A stretch of 64,000 nucleotides of DNA from Polyangiales bacterium (GCA_044229975.1 JBGARZ010000023.1:1-64000); one strand, 5' to 3'; positions 13,164 through 23,415 are shown, numbered from the stretch's first letter. Notes: generated by a model not told the origin, from the sequence alone. Program-made: numbers and translations.

Positions 13164-14201
13164 TCAGTTACCCGCGAGTAGCGCGACGGCGCGCTCGGAG
13201 GCCCGGTGGATGGTGTCGAGGGGGAGGGTGCCGGCGTGGTGGGGCAGGACGAGGACGAGGACGAGCCCCAGAAATGCGACCGCGGGGCGGAGCGACGAGG
13301 CCTGCGCGACCGTGCACGGGCGTCGATCGGCGTACGCGAGCAGGAGCCCCACGCGGAGCCTGATCGTGTCCGCGTGGGCGGCACCGAGGGCGGGCTGGGG
13401 GTCGCGGGGCGGTGGGCGGGCCGCGGAAACGAGCGCCTGCGCGAGGGCGGGCGCCGAAGCGCCGCAGACCACCGCCGCGCGGTCGCAGTGGAGCTCGCGG
13501 GCCAGCACCCACCGGGCGAGTTCGTCCCGGAGCAACACCCGCCCCAGAGGGTTCACGGCCAGAGCCCAGCGGGCCAGGAAGTACCGCAACGGGTCCTGAC
13601 CGCGGAGGTGCTCGAGCTCGTGGTGCAGCGCGGCGCAGAGCGCCTCGTCGTCGAGGACGCGTGCGAAGCCGGTGCGCAGGAGGACCCGAGGGGCGACTAC
13701 ACCTGCGGTCGCGATCGGGGTCGAAGACGCGTCGTCCACGGCCACCATGCCGCGGAGCGCGTGGAGCGCCGGGCGGTCGGCCAGCAGCGCGTCGATGCGC
13801 CGGAGCTGATGGACGGAGTCCGCGCTCGGCGCACAAACACGGGGACGGACCCATTCGCGGAGCAGGCCCGGGGCTGCCAGACCGACAATGAGAGCTGACA
13901 GCACCATCGAGAAGCCGATCGCTTCAAGGTTGATCTCGCCGGATGCGCCGTGAGTGGCGCAGCTGATAAGCCGCTCGCCCGACTCGGCCTGGTGCAGACC
14001 CGCGGAGAGGAACCACGCTAGCGGCACCGCGCTCGACGCCACGATCACCGCGTACCGGAGGGCGGACTGGCGCGGGAGCCCGGTGCGGGGTTCGAGCGAC
14101 GAGAGCGCGACCAGTAGGGCCTTGGCGGCCAGTGCGGAGACGGGGAGCGCCACCACCACGACCAGCAGGGGCCCCAGCAGCGGGAAGACCGCCTCGTTCA
14201 C
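13164..14201 (-). CDS. M56 family (BlaR1/MecR1-like) membrane metallopeptidase
   Basis: HHELEHLRGQD zinc motif, RELHCD, N-terminal TM helices; GTG start overlaps the BlaI stop. Confidence 0.85.
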   Translation of the reverse strand: MNEAVFPLLGPLLVVVVALPVSALAAKALLVALSSLEPRTGLPRQSALRYAVIVASSAVPLAWFLSAGLHQAESGERLISCATHGASGEINLEAIGFSMVLSALIVGLAAPGLLREWVRPRVCAPSADSVHQLRRIDALLADRPALHALRGMVAVDDASSTPIATAGVVAPRVLLRTGFARVLDDEALCAALHHELEHLRGQDPLRYFLARWALAVNPLGRVLLRDELARWVLARELHCDRAAVVCGASAPALAQALVSAARPPPRDPQPALGAAHADTIRLRVGLLLAYADRRPCTVAQASSLRPAVAFLGLVLVLVLPHHAGTLPLDTIHRASERAVALLAGN

Positions 14202-14620
14202 GAACCGAGCTCCTTGCGGCGCAACCGGATCAACCGCTCGAGTTCGTCGAGCGACGAGGTATCGGCCGACGAGACGGTCTCCACCAGGAGCGCGAGCGAC
14301 TCGCGGCCCGCCGGCGCGCCGAGGCTCTCGAACACCTCGCGCGCCGTCGCCTGGAGGAACTCCTCGCGGTCGCCGCACGGCGAGTAGAGGTAGCGCTTGC
14401 CGTCGCGCTCACGCGTGAGCAGCGCTTTGTCGTACAGCCGGGCGACCGTCGTCATCACGGTCGTGTAGGCGACCTCGCGGCGCTGCTCGAGCACGGTGAG
14501 CACGTCGCTCACCGCGAAGCGACGCAGCTTGCGCGACCAGACGATGTCCATGATTTCCGCCTCGAGTTCGTGGAGGCGGAGCGCGACGCCCCGCTGGCCC
14601 GATCGGAGACGGAAGGTCAT
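14198..14620 (-). CDS. BlaI/MecI/CopY family transcriptional repressor
   Basis: LEAEIMDIVW, AYTTVMTTVARLYDKALL, RDGKRYLY. Confidence 0.92.
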   Translation of the reverse strand: MTFRLRSGQRGVALRLHELEAEIMDIVWSRKLRRFAVSDVLTVLEQRREVAYTTVMTTVARLYDKALLTRERDGKRYLYSPCGDREEFLQATAREVFESLGAPAGRESLALLVETVSSADTSSLDELERLIRLRRKELGS

Positions 14621-14633
14621 GGTCGCGGCCTGA

Positions 14634-14652
14634 CCTACTATGGTAGGTAGTA
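14634..14652. promoter_or_regulatory. Putative BlaI-type operator CCTACTAT-N5-GTAGTA
   Basis: Quasi-palindrome between divergent blaI-like and ZIP genes; the same motif recurs at 43513-43531 and a variant at 13102-13123. Confidence 0.55.
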
Positions 14653-14665
14653 CCGCGCAACCCCC

Positions 14666-15412
14666 GTGCATCTACCCCCACTCCAATCTCTCCTCTACGC
14701 GCTCATCCCGGCGATCGTGATGGTGGCGAGCGGGGCCATCGCGACCCTGCGCACGCCTAGTCCCTGGCTGCGCACGGCGATCCTCCACTTCGCCGCCGGG
14801 GTGGTGTTCGCGGTCGTGACCGTCGAGATCGTTCCCGACGTCATGCGCGCCCACCGCGCGGGCGAGACGATCGTCGGCTTCGTGATCGGCGTAGCGGCGA
14901 TGCTCGGCATCCGGGCGCTCGGTCGCAAGAAAGAAGCGGAGGAGGGGCCGGCCGCCACGAGCGCGCCGACGGCGGGGCGTTTCCCCTCCGGCATGGTGGC
15001 GGGGGTCGCAGTGGATATCGGCGTTGACGGCTTGATGCTGGGCATCGGATTCGCGGCCGGCGGCAAGGCTGGCCGGCTCCTCGCGCTCGCCCTCACCATC
15101 GAACTCATCTCGTTGGGGCTCGCGACCTCGACCTCGCTGGGCAAGGCCGGCGTCGGTGCCGCGCGCCGCGTCGCGCTCACCTCGGGCCTTGCGCTGCTCT
15201 TCATGCTCAGCGCTGCACTCGGCCTGACGCTCCTGGGACACCTGCCGCCGCACGTCCTCGCGGGCGTGCTTTCGTTCGGCATCGCGGCGCTCCTCTTCCT
15301 GGTGACCGAGGAACTCCTGGTCGAAGCGCACGAGGAGCCGGAAACTCCGCTCCTCACGGCGACCTTCTTCGCGGGCTTCCTGCTCATCATCATCCTGGGC
15401 ATGTACGCGTGA
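14666..15412 (+). CDS. ZIP (ZupT-like) divalent metal transporter
   Basis: HFAAGVVFAVVTVEIVP, DIGVDGLMLG, LVTEELLVEAHE; about 8 TM segments. Confidence 0.85.
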   Translation: MHLPPLQSLLYALIPAIVMVASGAIATLRTPSPWLRTAILHFAAGVVFAVVTVEIVPDVMRAHRAGETIVGFVIGVAAMLGIRALGRKKEAEEGPAATSAPTAGRFPSGMVAGVAVDIGVDGLMLGIGFAAGGKAGRLLALALTIELISLGLATSTSLGKAGVGAARRVALTSGLALLFMLSAALGLTLLGHLPPHVLAGVLSFGIAALLFLVTEELLVEAHEEPETPLLTATFFAGFLLIIILGMYA

Positions 15413-17199
15413 GGTGGGCGGCGACAGCGCCCAGCAGTAGGGGGGGTCGCGCCGTCGCCGCGCGGGTGCGGACGGTGACCGCACTGAGCGCCGCGTGGGT
15501 GCTGTCGTTGCTGACGACGTCGTGGGCTCAGCCGGTCACCCACGGCACCGAACCTGGCCAGCTCCAGGCCCCACTGGAGCCTGCCGCCCGCTGCACCGAA
15601 TGCCATGCGGGCGACCCCACGCCCACGGGAGAGACGTACATGCCTGGCGACGCATGGGCTCCTTCGATGATGGCCAACGCGACGCGCGACCCCCTCTTCC
15701 TCGCGACCCTGACGGTGGCCGAGCAGCAGGTTACTGGCATCGGGACCTTCTGCCTCCGCTGTCACTCGCCTTCGGGCTTCACGGCGGGACGCGCGTCCGA
15801 TGGCTTCGGCAGGTCCCTCGACCCGGTCCTGGGCGACTCGGACGGCGTCCACTGTGACACCTGTCATCGCAGCGTGGTCCCGGACGACCACCCGGACGCA
15901 CCGCACCTTTCGAACGCGCGGCTCACCTTCGGCGACGCCCCGGAGGGCAGCGTCCCCGTGCGGTACGGGCCGCGCGACGACCCCGCCATGTCGCCCCGAC
16001 ATCCCGCGATGGGATCGCCGTTCCTGCGCGACCCCCGGTTCTGCGGGCAGTGTCACGACGTTGAGCACCCCGCCCTCCGGCGACTCACGCCGGAGGGGCG
16101 CGACACCGGGGTAGCTTTCCCATTGCAGAGCACCTGGTCGGAGTGGGCGCAGAGCGACTTTGCGCGGCGGGCGCTGCCGGAGACCTGCCAGGGTTGCCAC
16201 ATGCCCGAGGTCGGCGGCGACCCGTTGCCCTCGACACGCATACCCAACGCACCGCTGCGCGCGGGGCAGCGTCGGCACGACTTCCTGGGCGCCAACGCTT
16301 GGGGCCTGACGATGCTGCGGGCGGCGTTCCCCGGCGAGCTCGACGCGGAGTTCGACCGCGCGCGAGCGCGGACCCTGGACTCGCTGCATGGCGCGGCGCG
16401 GCTCGAGTTCGTGCAGGCCCCGACGGAGGGCCGCGCCGGATCAACGGTGCGGGTGACGGTGCGGGTCACCAACAACACCGGGCACAAGCTGCCGACCGGT
16501 TACGAGGACGCCCGCCTCATGTGGCTCCAGGTCCGGGTCGGGGCGCGCGTGGTCAGCGGCGCCTACGAGAACGACGAGCTGACGCGGGACGATCAGGCGC
16601 GCGTGTACGAGTTCGTCCCCGGTCGCATGGAGGGAGGGCGCGCGATACCGTCGGACTTCGTAGCCTTGCACTCGGTCGTCCTGGCCGACACGCGCATCCC
16701 GCCGCTCGGGATGCAACCGAACGAGCGAACGGCGCCGGTGGGGCGCGACTACGCGGGCGGCGAGGGGGGAGCGCTGCGACACTGGGATGACGCGAGCTTC
16801 GACCTGCCCCTCCCGGCGGGCGCAGACAGCGTCCCAATCACCGTGCGACTGCTCTACCGCTCGACGACGAAGCACTACGTCGAGGCGATCGCGGGCGCGA
16901 ACCGCACCGATGACCGTGGCCGGGAGCTGCTGCGGCTCTTCAACGCGACCGGGCGAGCCGCGCCCGTCGAGATGACCTCCGCCACCACGACCGTGCGTGT
17001 GACCGGCACCGTCGAGCAGGGAGAGGACGGCGCGTGTTCGGCGGGCCCCGGCCCCAGGAGTGGGCGCCGACCCGATGCGTGGTTCGTCGGGTTGGCTGTC
17101 GTGATGCTGTCGTGCGCGCGTCGGCGGCGTCGGCCGGGTAGGCCCGGCCTCTCGCCGATCATCGCGCCCGGCGCGCCACGCGGAGGATCGTCGCTGTGA
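15409..17199 (+). CDS. Pentaheme c-type cytochrome with Ig-like domain and MYXO-CTERM-like tail
   Basis: Five CxxCH motifs (CTECH, CLRCH, CDTCH, CGQCH, CQGCH); NNTGHKLPTG; GACSAG...VMLSCARRRRR tail. Exact start uncertain. Confidence 0.85.
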   Translation: MRWAATAPSSRGGRAVAARVRTVTALSAAWVLSLLTTSWAQPVTHGTEPGQLQAPLEPAARCTECHAGDPTPTGETYMPGDAWAPSMMANATRDPLFLATLTVAEQQVTGIGTFCLRCHSPSGFTAGRASDGFGRSLDPVLGDSDGVHCDTCHRSVVPDDHPDAPHLSNARLTFGDAPEGSVPVRYGPRDDPAMSPRHPAMGSPFLRDPRFCGQCHDVEHPALRRLTPEGRDTGVAFPLQSTWSEWAQSDFARRALPETCQGCHMPEVGGDPLPSTRIPNAPLRAGQRRHDFLGANAWGLTMLRAAFPGELDAEFDRARARTLDSLHGAARLEFVQAPTEGRAGSTVRVTVRVTNNTGHKLPTGYEDARLMWLQVRVGARVVSGAYENDELTRDDQARVYEFVPGRMEGGRAIPSDFVALHSVVLADTRIPPLGMQPNERTAPVGRDYAGGEGGALRHWDDASFDLPLPAGADSVPITVRLLYRSTTKHYVEAIAGANRTDDRGRELLRLFNATGRAAPVEMTSATTTVRVTGTVEQGEDGACSAGPGPRSGRRPDAWFVGLAVVMLSCARRRRRPGRPGLSPIIAPGAPRGGSSL

Positions 17200-18230
17200 G
17201 TACTGAAGCCCTGCGCCAGCCGGCCGAGTGGTCGCCCCACGACGCGGTCTGGCTCGCCTGGCCGAGTCACGAGGCGTTGTGGGGTGCGGCCCTCCCGGAG
17301 GTGCGCCGCTCATTCGCGGCGTTCGCGCGGGCCATCGCGCACGACGGCGGCGAGCGCCTGGAGGTGCTCTGCCCCGACCACGTCCAGGAGGCCCTGGCGC
17401 GCGCAGCGCTCGACGGCACCGTGGCCCGCTTCCACCGCATCCCCTTCGGCGACATCTGGCTCCGCGACACCGCGCCCGTGTTCATGCACGACGCTTCAGG
17501 CGCGGTGGTCGCCGCACGCTTCGGGTTCAACGGGTGGGGCGGCAAGTACGAGTTCGAGCACGACGCCGAGGTGAGCGCGCGAGTGGCCGCGGCCACAGCC
17601 TGCCGCGTGGTCACGCATGACTTCGCGATGGAGGGCGGGAGCGTCGAGGTAGACGGCGAGGGCACCTTGCTCAGCTCGCGGCAGTGCCTGCTCAACCCCA
17701 ACCGCAACCCGGCGATGGACGAGACCGCCGTTACCCGCGCGGTCCTGGAAGCCTTCGGCGGCGAGCGCCTTCTGTGGGTGACCGACGGGTTGCTCAACGA
17801 CCACACGGACGGCCACATCGACACCATCGCCCGCTTCGTCGCCCCCGGCGTTGTCGCCCTGATGGAGCCGTCGGGCACCGACGACCCCAACCGCGAGGTC
17901 CTGAGGGCGCTGCGGGACGAGCTCGCGGGGCAGCGGGACGCGCGCGGTCGGGACCTCGAGCTGGTCTTTGTACCGTCACCGGGCCGGGTGGAGGACGAGG
18001 ACGGTCGGGTGATGCCCGCGAGCCACCTCAACTTCTACATCGGCAATCGCGTGGTCGTCGTACCGACGTACCGGACCGCCTTCGACGACGCAGCGGGCAG
18101 GGCCATCGAGGGGATGTTCCCGGGCCGTCGGGTCGAGGTCGTGGACGCCCTGCCGATCCTGCGTGGCGGAGGGGCGTTTCACTGCATCAGCCAGCAGCAG
18201 CCTTCGCCGGGGCCGGACACCGGTCGATGA
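17196..18230 (+). CDS. aguA: Agmatine deiminase (peptidyl-arginine deiminase family)
   Basis: PAEW, DIWLRD, FNGWGGK, EGGSVEVDGEG, HTDGHID, GGGAFHCISQQQP. Confidence 0.93.
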   Translation: MSTEALRQPAEWSPHDAVWLAWPSHEALWGAALPEVRRSFAAFARAIAHDGGERLEVLCPDHVQEALARAALDGTVARFHRIPFGDIWLRDTAPVFMHDASGAVVAARFGFNGWGGKYEFEHDAEVSARVAAATACRVVTHDFAMEGGSVEVDGEGTLLSSRQCLLNPNRNPAMDETAVTRAVLEAFGGERLLWVTDGLLNDHTDGHIDTIARFVAPGVVALMEPSGTDDPNREVLRALRDELAGQRDARGRDLELVFVPSPGRVEDEDGRVMPASHLNFYIGNRVVVVPTYRTAFDDAAGRAIEGMFPGRRVEVVDALPILRGGGAFHCISQQQPSPGPDTGR

Positions 18231-18343
18231 TCGGAAACGCGGCAGCTCCGGCCCCCTCGAACGTCGGGGCGGGCGGGAGGTGCGACGATTGGCCGCAGCA
18301 TCTCCCGGGAGGATCTCGGCTAACCTCCGCGGAGGAGCCCACG

Positions 18344-18505
18344 ATGCCACGATCACTTCCCCTTCTCGTCGCTCTTCTGGTCGCGGCCATGTTCCTTGGC
18401 ACGGCGTGCGGCAGCAGCTGCCACGAGGGCGAGTGCTCCGTGCCGACGTCGACCGACGCCGGCATCAGCGCCGACGCCGACGCCGACGCCGCCACCGACC
18501 GGTGA
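18344..18505 (+). CDS. Small lipoprotein (53 aa) with CHEGEC motif
   Basis: GGAGG RBS; MPRSLPLLVALLVAAMFLGTAC lipobox; DA-rich tail. Confidence 0.6.
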   Translation: MPRSLPLLVALLVAAMFLGTACGSSCHEGECSVPTSTDAGISADADADAATDR

Positions 18506-18603
18506 TCACGGCGCCCTGGAGCGGCGCCGCACGACCAACCCCAGCAACAGAATCGACGCGACCCACCCGGCGTGCGCGGGCCCACCGGGTCGGCCCCTCC
18601 CCC

Positions 18604-18730
18604 CCACGGCGCACCCGTCGGCGACTTCCTCAGGAAGTGTGCGTGTTCACCATGTTCGCCGAGGACGCGGGCCTGCTCCCCAGGGGGCTCTTCTCCGCGC
18701 TCCTCGATCAGTGGATCGCCGACAGGGGCC
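18604..18730 (+). pseudogene. Remnant of an MmeI-like (type IIL) restriction-modification gene
   Basis: Frameshifted VGDFLRKC / VFTMFAEDAGLLPRGLFSALL, a motif typical of that family; no start or continuation. Confidence 0.55.
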
Positions 18731-18749
18731 TCGCGCACAACTTCGACAC
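18729..18749 (+). repeat. 21-bp direct repeat CCTCGCGCAYAACTTCGACAC, copy 1
   Basis: One mismatch to 33648-33668. Confidence 0.7.
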
Positions 18750-18875
18750 GAGACCGGTTCATGTGGCGGCGGTGAGCAGCGGCACTCTCTCTGGCGACAC
18801 GAGAGGTGTCAGGAGGTCAAGAGCCTATCACCCGACCGAACAGCGGTCATGGAACAGCGCCATTGGAGGCATCAC

Positions 18876-21875
18876 TCAGCGACGGCTTCGTCGATGTCGC
18901 CGCGAACGCGGCGCGCGAGGCGCATCGCTCGGCGCACCCACCATGGGAGATCCGACGCTCGCAGCACGCAACTCGACGCGGTGGTTGAGTTGGCGGGCAG
19001 CCGAAGACCGCTCGGCGCTCAGCGGCTGGCCATTGCCATATCCGACAGCGACCAACCGAGCCGGATCGACACCTCGCGTCAGAAGAAGATCACGTACCGT
19101 CTCTGCCTCCCGCTCGCTACGTCGGGTTGCCGAGCGACTGGCACGATGCCCATCGCCGTAAACCGCGACCTCGAAGGCCCGCCTGCGGTTGCCGCGGAAG
19201 CCGAGGTACTCGACCAGTTCCGTGACGATCGCATCGGTGTCGGGCGCGGGACGACGGCCACGCAAAGCCATGCGACACCGCACGCCACCCGGAATGGTCT
19301 CGATCCGGTTGAGCGTCGTGGGACACCCATCATCTCGGTCAGGACCCGCCGACACGGGACACCGATCGTCGGCGTCCGCGATCTCATCGCCGTCGTTGTC
19401 GAGATCGGGGCAGCCGTCCTGGTCGGCGAAACCGTCGCGATCCTCGGGAGTGTCTGGGCAACGATCCGACGCATCGCCGATGGTGTCGCCGTCGTTGTCT
19501 GGGTCCGGGCAACCATCCCCGTCGTCGTGGCCGTCGCGGTCCTCGGCGTCGTTCGGGCAGCGATCGTTGTCACTGATGATCCCATCCCCGTCAGGATCGG
19601 GGTCATCGGGGCACCCGTCGTCGTCCATGTAGCCGTTGGTGTTCTCTGCGCCGTCTGGGCAGCGGTCGCGGGTATCCGCGATCCCGTCGCCGTCGCGATC
19701 CCGTGGGGGGCTCCGCTCCCCCGAGACGACCGTGAAGCTCCCTTCCCAATCCCCGTACGCGAGGGCGGAGATCCCGTTCCTTTCTCCCGCCGGGTAACCG
19801 CTCTCCCCACCCTGAATCTGGATCACGACCCTCCCGCCGTCCGACAGCGTGATGAACCCGGCATGAACGCCGGCGGCACAGACGGAGGAGTCGTCGGTAT
19901 AGGGGCCGGTGCCCCAGACGGTCCCGGGCACGCCTGCGGGGTCGCAGTCGTAGACGAAACGGCGGAGATCGCCTCGATGCGTGCGTGCGTTGACCCCCCA
20001 TCCCCGCTCGTCCACGGGGACCGGTGGGCCCGCCGAGACACGCTGCTCAGACGCGCTGTCTGGGGGAGAAGGGCTCACGTAGGGCGCCCCGAACCAATCG
20101 AACGACTTGACGATGCTGATGAGCAGGTTGAGCCCGCTGCGTTCCACGGAAGCTCCGCTGTTGACGTCACCCGTGCCCGATGGCTCGCGGCGCCCCGCAC
20201 GGGGGTAGTCCCAGAACAGGTCACCCCGCACGATCCCGAGGTTGGTGGACCAGAGGGCCAGCCTCGCCCCCCAGACCTCGTCACCCTGGTAGAGGTCCGC
20301 TCCTTCGCGGATTGCCCAACCGTCTACGCCTGTCTCACACGCACCGCCATCCCCTCGGGAGAAGCAGAGCCGAACGCCAGCGCCCAGCCGGGAGTACCCG
20401 TAGCTCGCCTCCGCGCTGTCTCCGGATTCACCGTAGGAGGAGCTGTCGTACGACTCGACACTGCCCCCCGACTCGCTCCCATAGCGGTGTCCGACCATGT
20501 ATTCGCCGAGGAGCGCGATCCACGGCGTGCCGACGAGCAGCCTTCCGCCGACGGCGCCGGAGTAGGTCACCATCGTCGAGCCGGACGAGAGGCCGTACCA
20601 GCCCGCGGTTCCCTCGGCGACACCCGCTATGCCGAACCATGGACTGTGAATCGGCCAAAATTCGAGCGAGGAGAAGAGCAGGGGGCAGGTGATGCTCGTC
20701 GATGTCACCGAGGGAATCGGACTCGAACGCCCCCCTGAGACGGAGTCGGCGGTAAAGGTGCCTCGGCTGACGGCCGGGATGACGACCATGCCCAGGCCCG
20801 CGGTGAGATCGAAACGCCAGGAAGCCCCGCGATAGCGCGACGAGTCTCCGGAGACGGAGAGGCCTGCAAGGCTTCCCATCATGTTCGTCGCAGTGGACTC
20901 GAAGTTCCGGCCGGTGGCCTGGCTCTGGGCGACACGCTGGGCCTGGCGGTCCTCCGCTGCATGCCTTCGCGCCTCGAACTGCCGCTGCCGCTCTTCCTCC
21001 TCGCGGCGGAGTCGCTCTTCCTCCTCGCGTCGTCGGCGTTGTCCGTCAACTGGATCAGGCGCGGGCTGATGACCTGCTCCGCTATTCTGCGGGAGCCCCG
21101 TCGGACGGGCGCTGCCGCCAGAGCCACTCGCGACGGGCGGTGCCCCGGTCGGGGCACCGGGCTGCGGCGCCGTACCAGACGTCCCCACTGGCCCCGACGG
21201 CGCGGGGTCCGTACAGGTCTCGGTGGCCGCGTCGTACGACTGACCACCCTGACAGGTCAGGCACCGCTCCGCGCGAACCTGATAGTGGGCACCGGCCGGG
21301 CACGAGACGCAGCGACCGGTACGCGTCTGGTAGGTCGTCCCGGCGGCGCACTGCCCGTTCCCAGGCGATGTCGGCGGGACACCGCCGGCGCCCGGCCCAC
21401 CAGGATCTCCGCCGGAGGCCTGTCGTCCGTCAGGGCGCGACCGCTGGTTCGCGAAGCGGGCGGTGACCGTGTAGGGGGGCTCATCCTCCGGGCGAAACCC
21501 GAAGTGGCTCAGGTGGTCCGTCGCGCCAGGACGCACGGTGGTCGAGTAGGCGTCGCGCCGACCAGCGCTCGGAACGTCTAGCGTGACGGAGACGTCTTCG
21601 CGGCACGTGTTTTCGAACCAGATCTGGATCTTCTGACCGTAACGGGGGACCGACACGACTGCGAGCATGCGTCCAACGAGACACGCCTCGACGGAACCGG
21701 GTTCCTGCCGAGTAGTACCGTTGACGGGATAGTTGTCGCCGCGAACGTTGCATTGCTGCCCGTTGCTCCACGAACGACACCAGGACTCGGGTGTCTGCGC
21801 CATCGCATCGACCGACCGCAGGGCCAGAGCCAGGGTAGCGATCGCCAGCGATGCCGAACGGACTCTCTGCCTCAT
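18876..21875 (-). CDS. Large secreted mosaic protein: Cys-rich region, coiled coil, barrel-like region, LCCL domain, TSP3-like repeats, degenerate OmpA-like C-terminus
   Basis: Signal peptide; VWGTGPYTDDSSVCAAGVHAG (LCCL); DxDGDGIxDxxDRCP repeats; AVGYGNGQP...NHRVEL (OmpA-C). Confidence 0.8.
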   Translation of the reverse strand: MRQRVRSASLAIATLALALRSVDAMAQTPESWCRSWSNGQQCNVRGDNYPVNGTTRQEPGSVEACLVGRMLAVVSVPRYGQKIQIWFENTCREDVSVTLDVPSAGRRDAYSTTVRPGATDHLSHFGFRPEDEPPYTVTARFANQRSRPDGRQASGGDPGGPGAGGVPPTSPGNGQCAAGTTYQTRTGRCVSCPAGAHYQVRAERCLTCQGGQSYDAATETCTDPAPSGPVGTSGTAPQPGAPTGAPPVASGSGGSARPTGLPQNSGAGHQPAPDPVDGQRRRREEEERLRREEEERQRQFEARRHAAEDRQAQRVAQSQATGRNFESTATNMMGSLAGLSVSGDSSRYRGASWRFDLTAGLGMVVIPAVSRGTFTADSVSGGRSSPIPSVTSTSITCPLLFSSLEFWPIHSPWFGIAGVAEGTAGWYGLSSGSTMVTYSGAVGGRLLVGTPWIALLGEYMVGHRYGSESGGSVESYDSSSYGESGDSAEASYGYSRLGAGVRLCFSRGDGGACETGVDGWAIREGADLYQGDEVWGARLALWSTNLGIVRGDLFWDYPRAGRREPSGTGDVNSGASVERSGLNLLISIVKSFDWFGAPYVSPSPPDSASEQRVSAGPPVPVDERGWGVNARTHRGDLRRFVYDCDPAGVPGTVWGTGPYTDDSSVCAAGVHAGFITLSDGGRVVIQIQGGESGYPAGERNGISALAYGDWEGSFTVVSGERSPPRDRDGDGIADTRDRCPDGAENTNGYMDDDGCPDDPDPDGDGIISDNDRCPNDAEDRDGHDDGDGCPDPDNDGDTIGDASDRCPDTPEDRDGFADQDGCPDLDNDGDEIADADDRCPVSAGPDRDDGCPTTLNRIETIPGGVRCRMALRGRRPAPDTDAIVTELVEYLGFRGNRRRAFEVAVYGDGHRASRSATRRSEREAETVRDLLLTRGVDPARLVAVGYGNGQPLSAERSSAARQLNHRVELRAASVGSPMVGAPSDAPRAPRSRRHRRSRR

Positions 21876-21909
21876 GGGATGTTTCCACTGACGATCGAGG
21901 CGGGCGGCC

Positions 21910-22320
21910 TCACAGCAGGTACGGGAATCGTGGTTTCGCACCCAGCGTTGCGTTCAGGAGAGCGTTCGCGGCGAGCGCCGGGCCCAAGAATAGGCAGAAA
22001 ATCACGCTGCCCTCCCTGCCGCGATGCCGAGAGTGGCCGAGCGGTCGGATGAATGTCGGATACACAAAGAAAAGCAGCAGGAGACCCGCCACCATGCCGA
22101 AGACCGCCGCCCAACCGCGAAGCGTCGCCTGACGTCGGGAGTTCCTGGCCTCGTCGTCCTTGAGGAGGGCGATGACAACCTCCGTATCACGGAGGTCGAG
22201 CACGGGGCCCTCGCCACAATTCGCGCAGCTCCCGGGGCCGCCGCGCCACCCGCAATCGGCGCACGCGTGATCAATCCGTGCCTCCTGGGGCGACGCCGCG
22301 ATCGTGGGGACGGTGGTCAT
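21910..22320 (-). CDS. Small membrane protein with CxxC/CxxC zinc ribbon
   Basis: CADC...CANCG followed by two hydrophobic helices. Confidence 0.6.
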   Translation of the reverse strand: MTTVPTIAASPQEARIDHACADCGWRGGPGSCANCGEGPVLDLRDTEVVIALLKDDEARNSRRQATLRGWAAVFGMVAGLLLLFFVYPTFIRPLGHSRHRGREGSVIFCLFLGPALAANALLNATLGAKPRFPYLL

Positions 22321-22356
22321 GCTCTGTTGCCTTCGAAGTTCTGGAGGCGGTCGCCT

Positions 22357-23415
22357 TCACGCCTGCCCGGCGCATCGTCGGTTGAAGCATCCCAATGGGA
22401 AGGAGCAGTCCGAGTGGAACGCGCAAGTGCCGACGTTGGGCGCCCCGAAGCGGCGGCACACGCCAGGGCCCGATGACGACGGATCGACGGTCCGGCAGTC
22501 GCCGCCAACGCACGGGCGCCGCGAGTCGCAGGGGTCGAGGCAGTACGGCCGGGGCTGGCCGGGGTCCCGGAAAAGAACGCGATCGCCCCAGCAGCCCTCT
22601 GGACCAATCGGGGGCAGGCAGACCTTGTTGTCGTACCGGAGAGGCCGAGTGCAGGTGGTACCGGACGAGCAGTCCGAGTTCGAGACGCAGCGCACAAAGC
22701 ATCGGGGGCTGTCGACGGCACTGTCCAGGCATCTCCGGTCGAGACCGCAGCTACCGCCGCACTGGTCTGATGGCTCCGAGAAGCCGCAAACCTGCGTACG
22801 GTCGTCCAGGAGCAGCGAGCAGTTACCGTTGTCGCAGTCGCGATCGGAGCGACAGCGTGGTCGGCAGATCGCTGGTCCACCGAGGTAGCTCACGGGGAGC
22901 TCGTCGCAGGCACAGCGACCGCAGTCGCCCGTGGATGTCCCTGCGTCGGTTCCTGCATCCACAGGGGTTGTAGGCTGGCAGGCGCTCAGGTCGGGCGCAC
23001 AGACCCGCGACGCACCGACGCCCACGCAGCAACTCCCCGGGCAGTCGCCATCGCTCACACACGACGAGACGCAGGACCGTAGACCACCAGACGCGATGCA
23101 CACTTGCCCGCTGCCGCAGGCAGGGGAACACCCCCCCGAGGTTCCGCTACCAAGTCCAGTGGTCTCAGCCCAGGTACCATCCACGCAGACGCCGGTGCCG
23201 GGCGCATAGGTGAACTCCGCACAGACGGCTCCGCGACACTCGCTGTTCGACCGGCAAGGCAGGCCGCATCGACAATCTCCCGTGTCTCGGCAGATCCGCA
23301 TCTGCCCCGTAGGGCAGTCGGAACTCGAACCCCCAACGAGGAGACAACCTTGCAGAAGCAACGCAATGACCAGCAGCCAAGTGTGGACCGGCCGGTTGCG
23401 CTGACTCGTTTCCAT
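22357..23415 (-). CDS. Cys-rich lipoprotein with repeated CxSDxDC modules
   Basis: LLQGC lipobox; many CRSNSEC/CVSDGDC/CRSDRDC units; DAGTDAG linker. Confidence 0.75.
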   Translation of the reverse strand: METSQRNRPVHTWLLVIALLLQGCLLVGGSSSDCPTGQMRICRDTGDCRCGLPCRSNSECRGAVCAEFTYAPGTGVCVDGTWAETTGLGSGTSGGCSPACGSGQVCIASGGLRSCVSSCVSDGDCPGSCCVGVGASRVCAPDLSACQPTTPVDAGTDAGTSTGDCGRCACDELPVSYLGGPAICRPRCRSDRDCDNGNCSLLLDDRTQVCGFSEPSDQCGGSCGLDRRCLDSAVDSPRCFVRCVSNSDCSSGTTCTRPLRYDNKVCLPPIGPEGCWGDRVLFRDPGQPRPYCLDPCDSRRPCVGGDCRTVDPSSSGPGVCRRFGAPNVGTCAFHSDCSFPLGCFNRRCAGQA

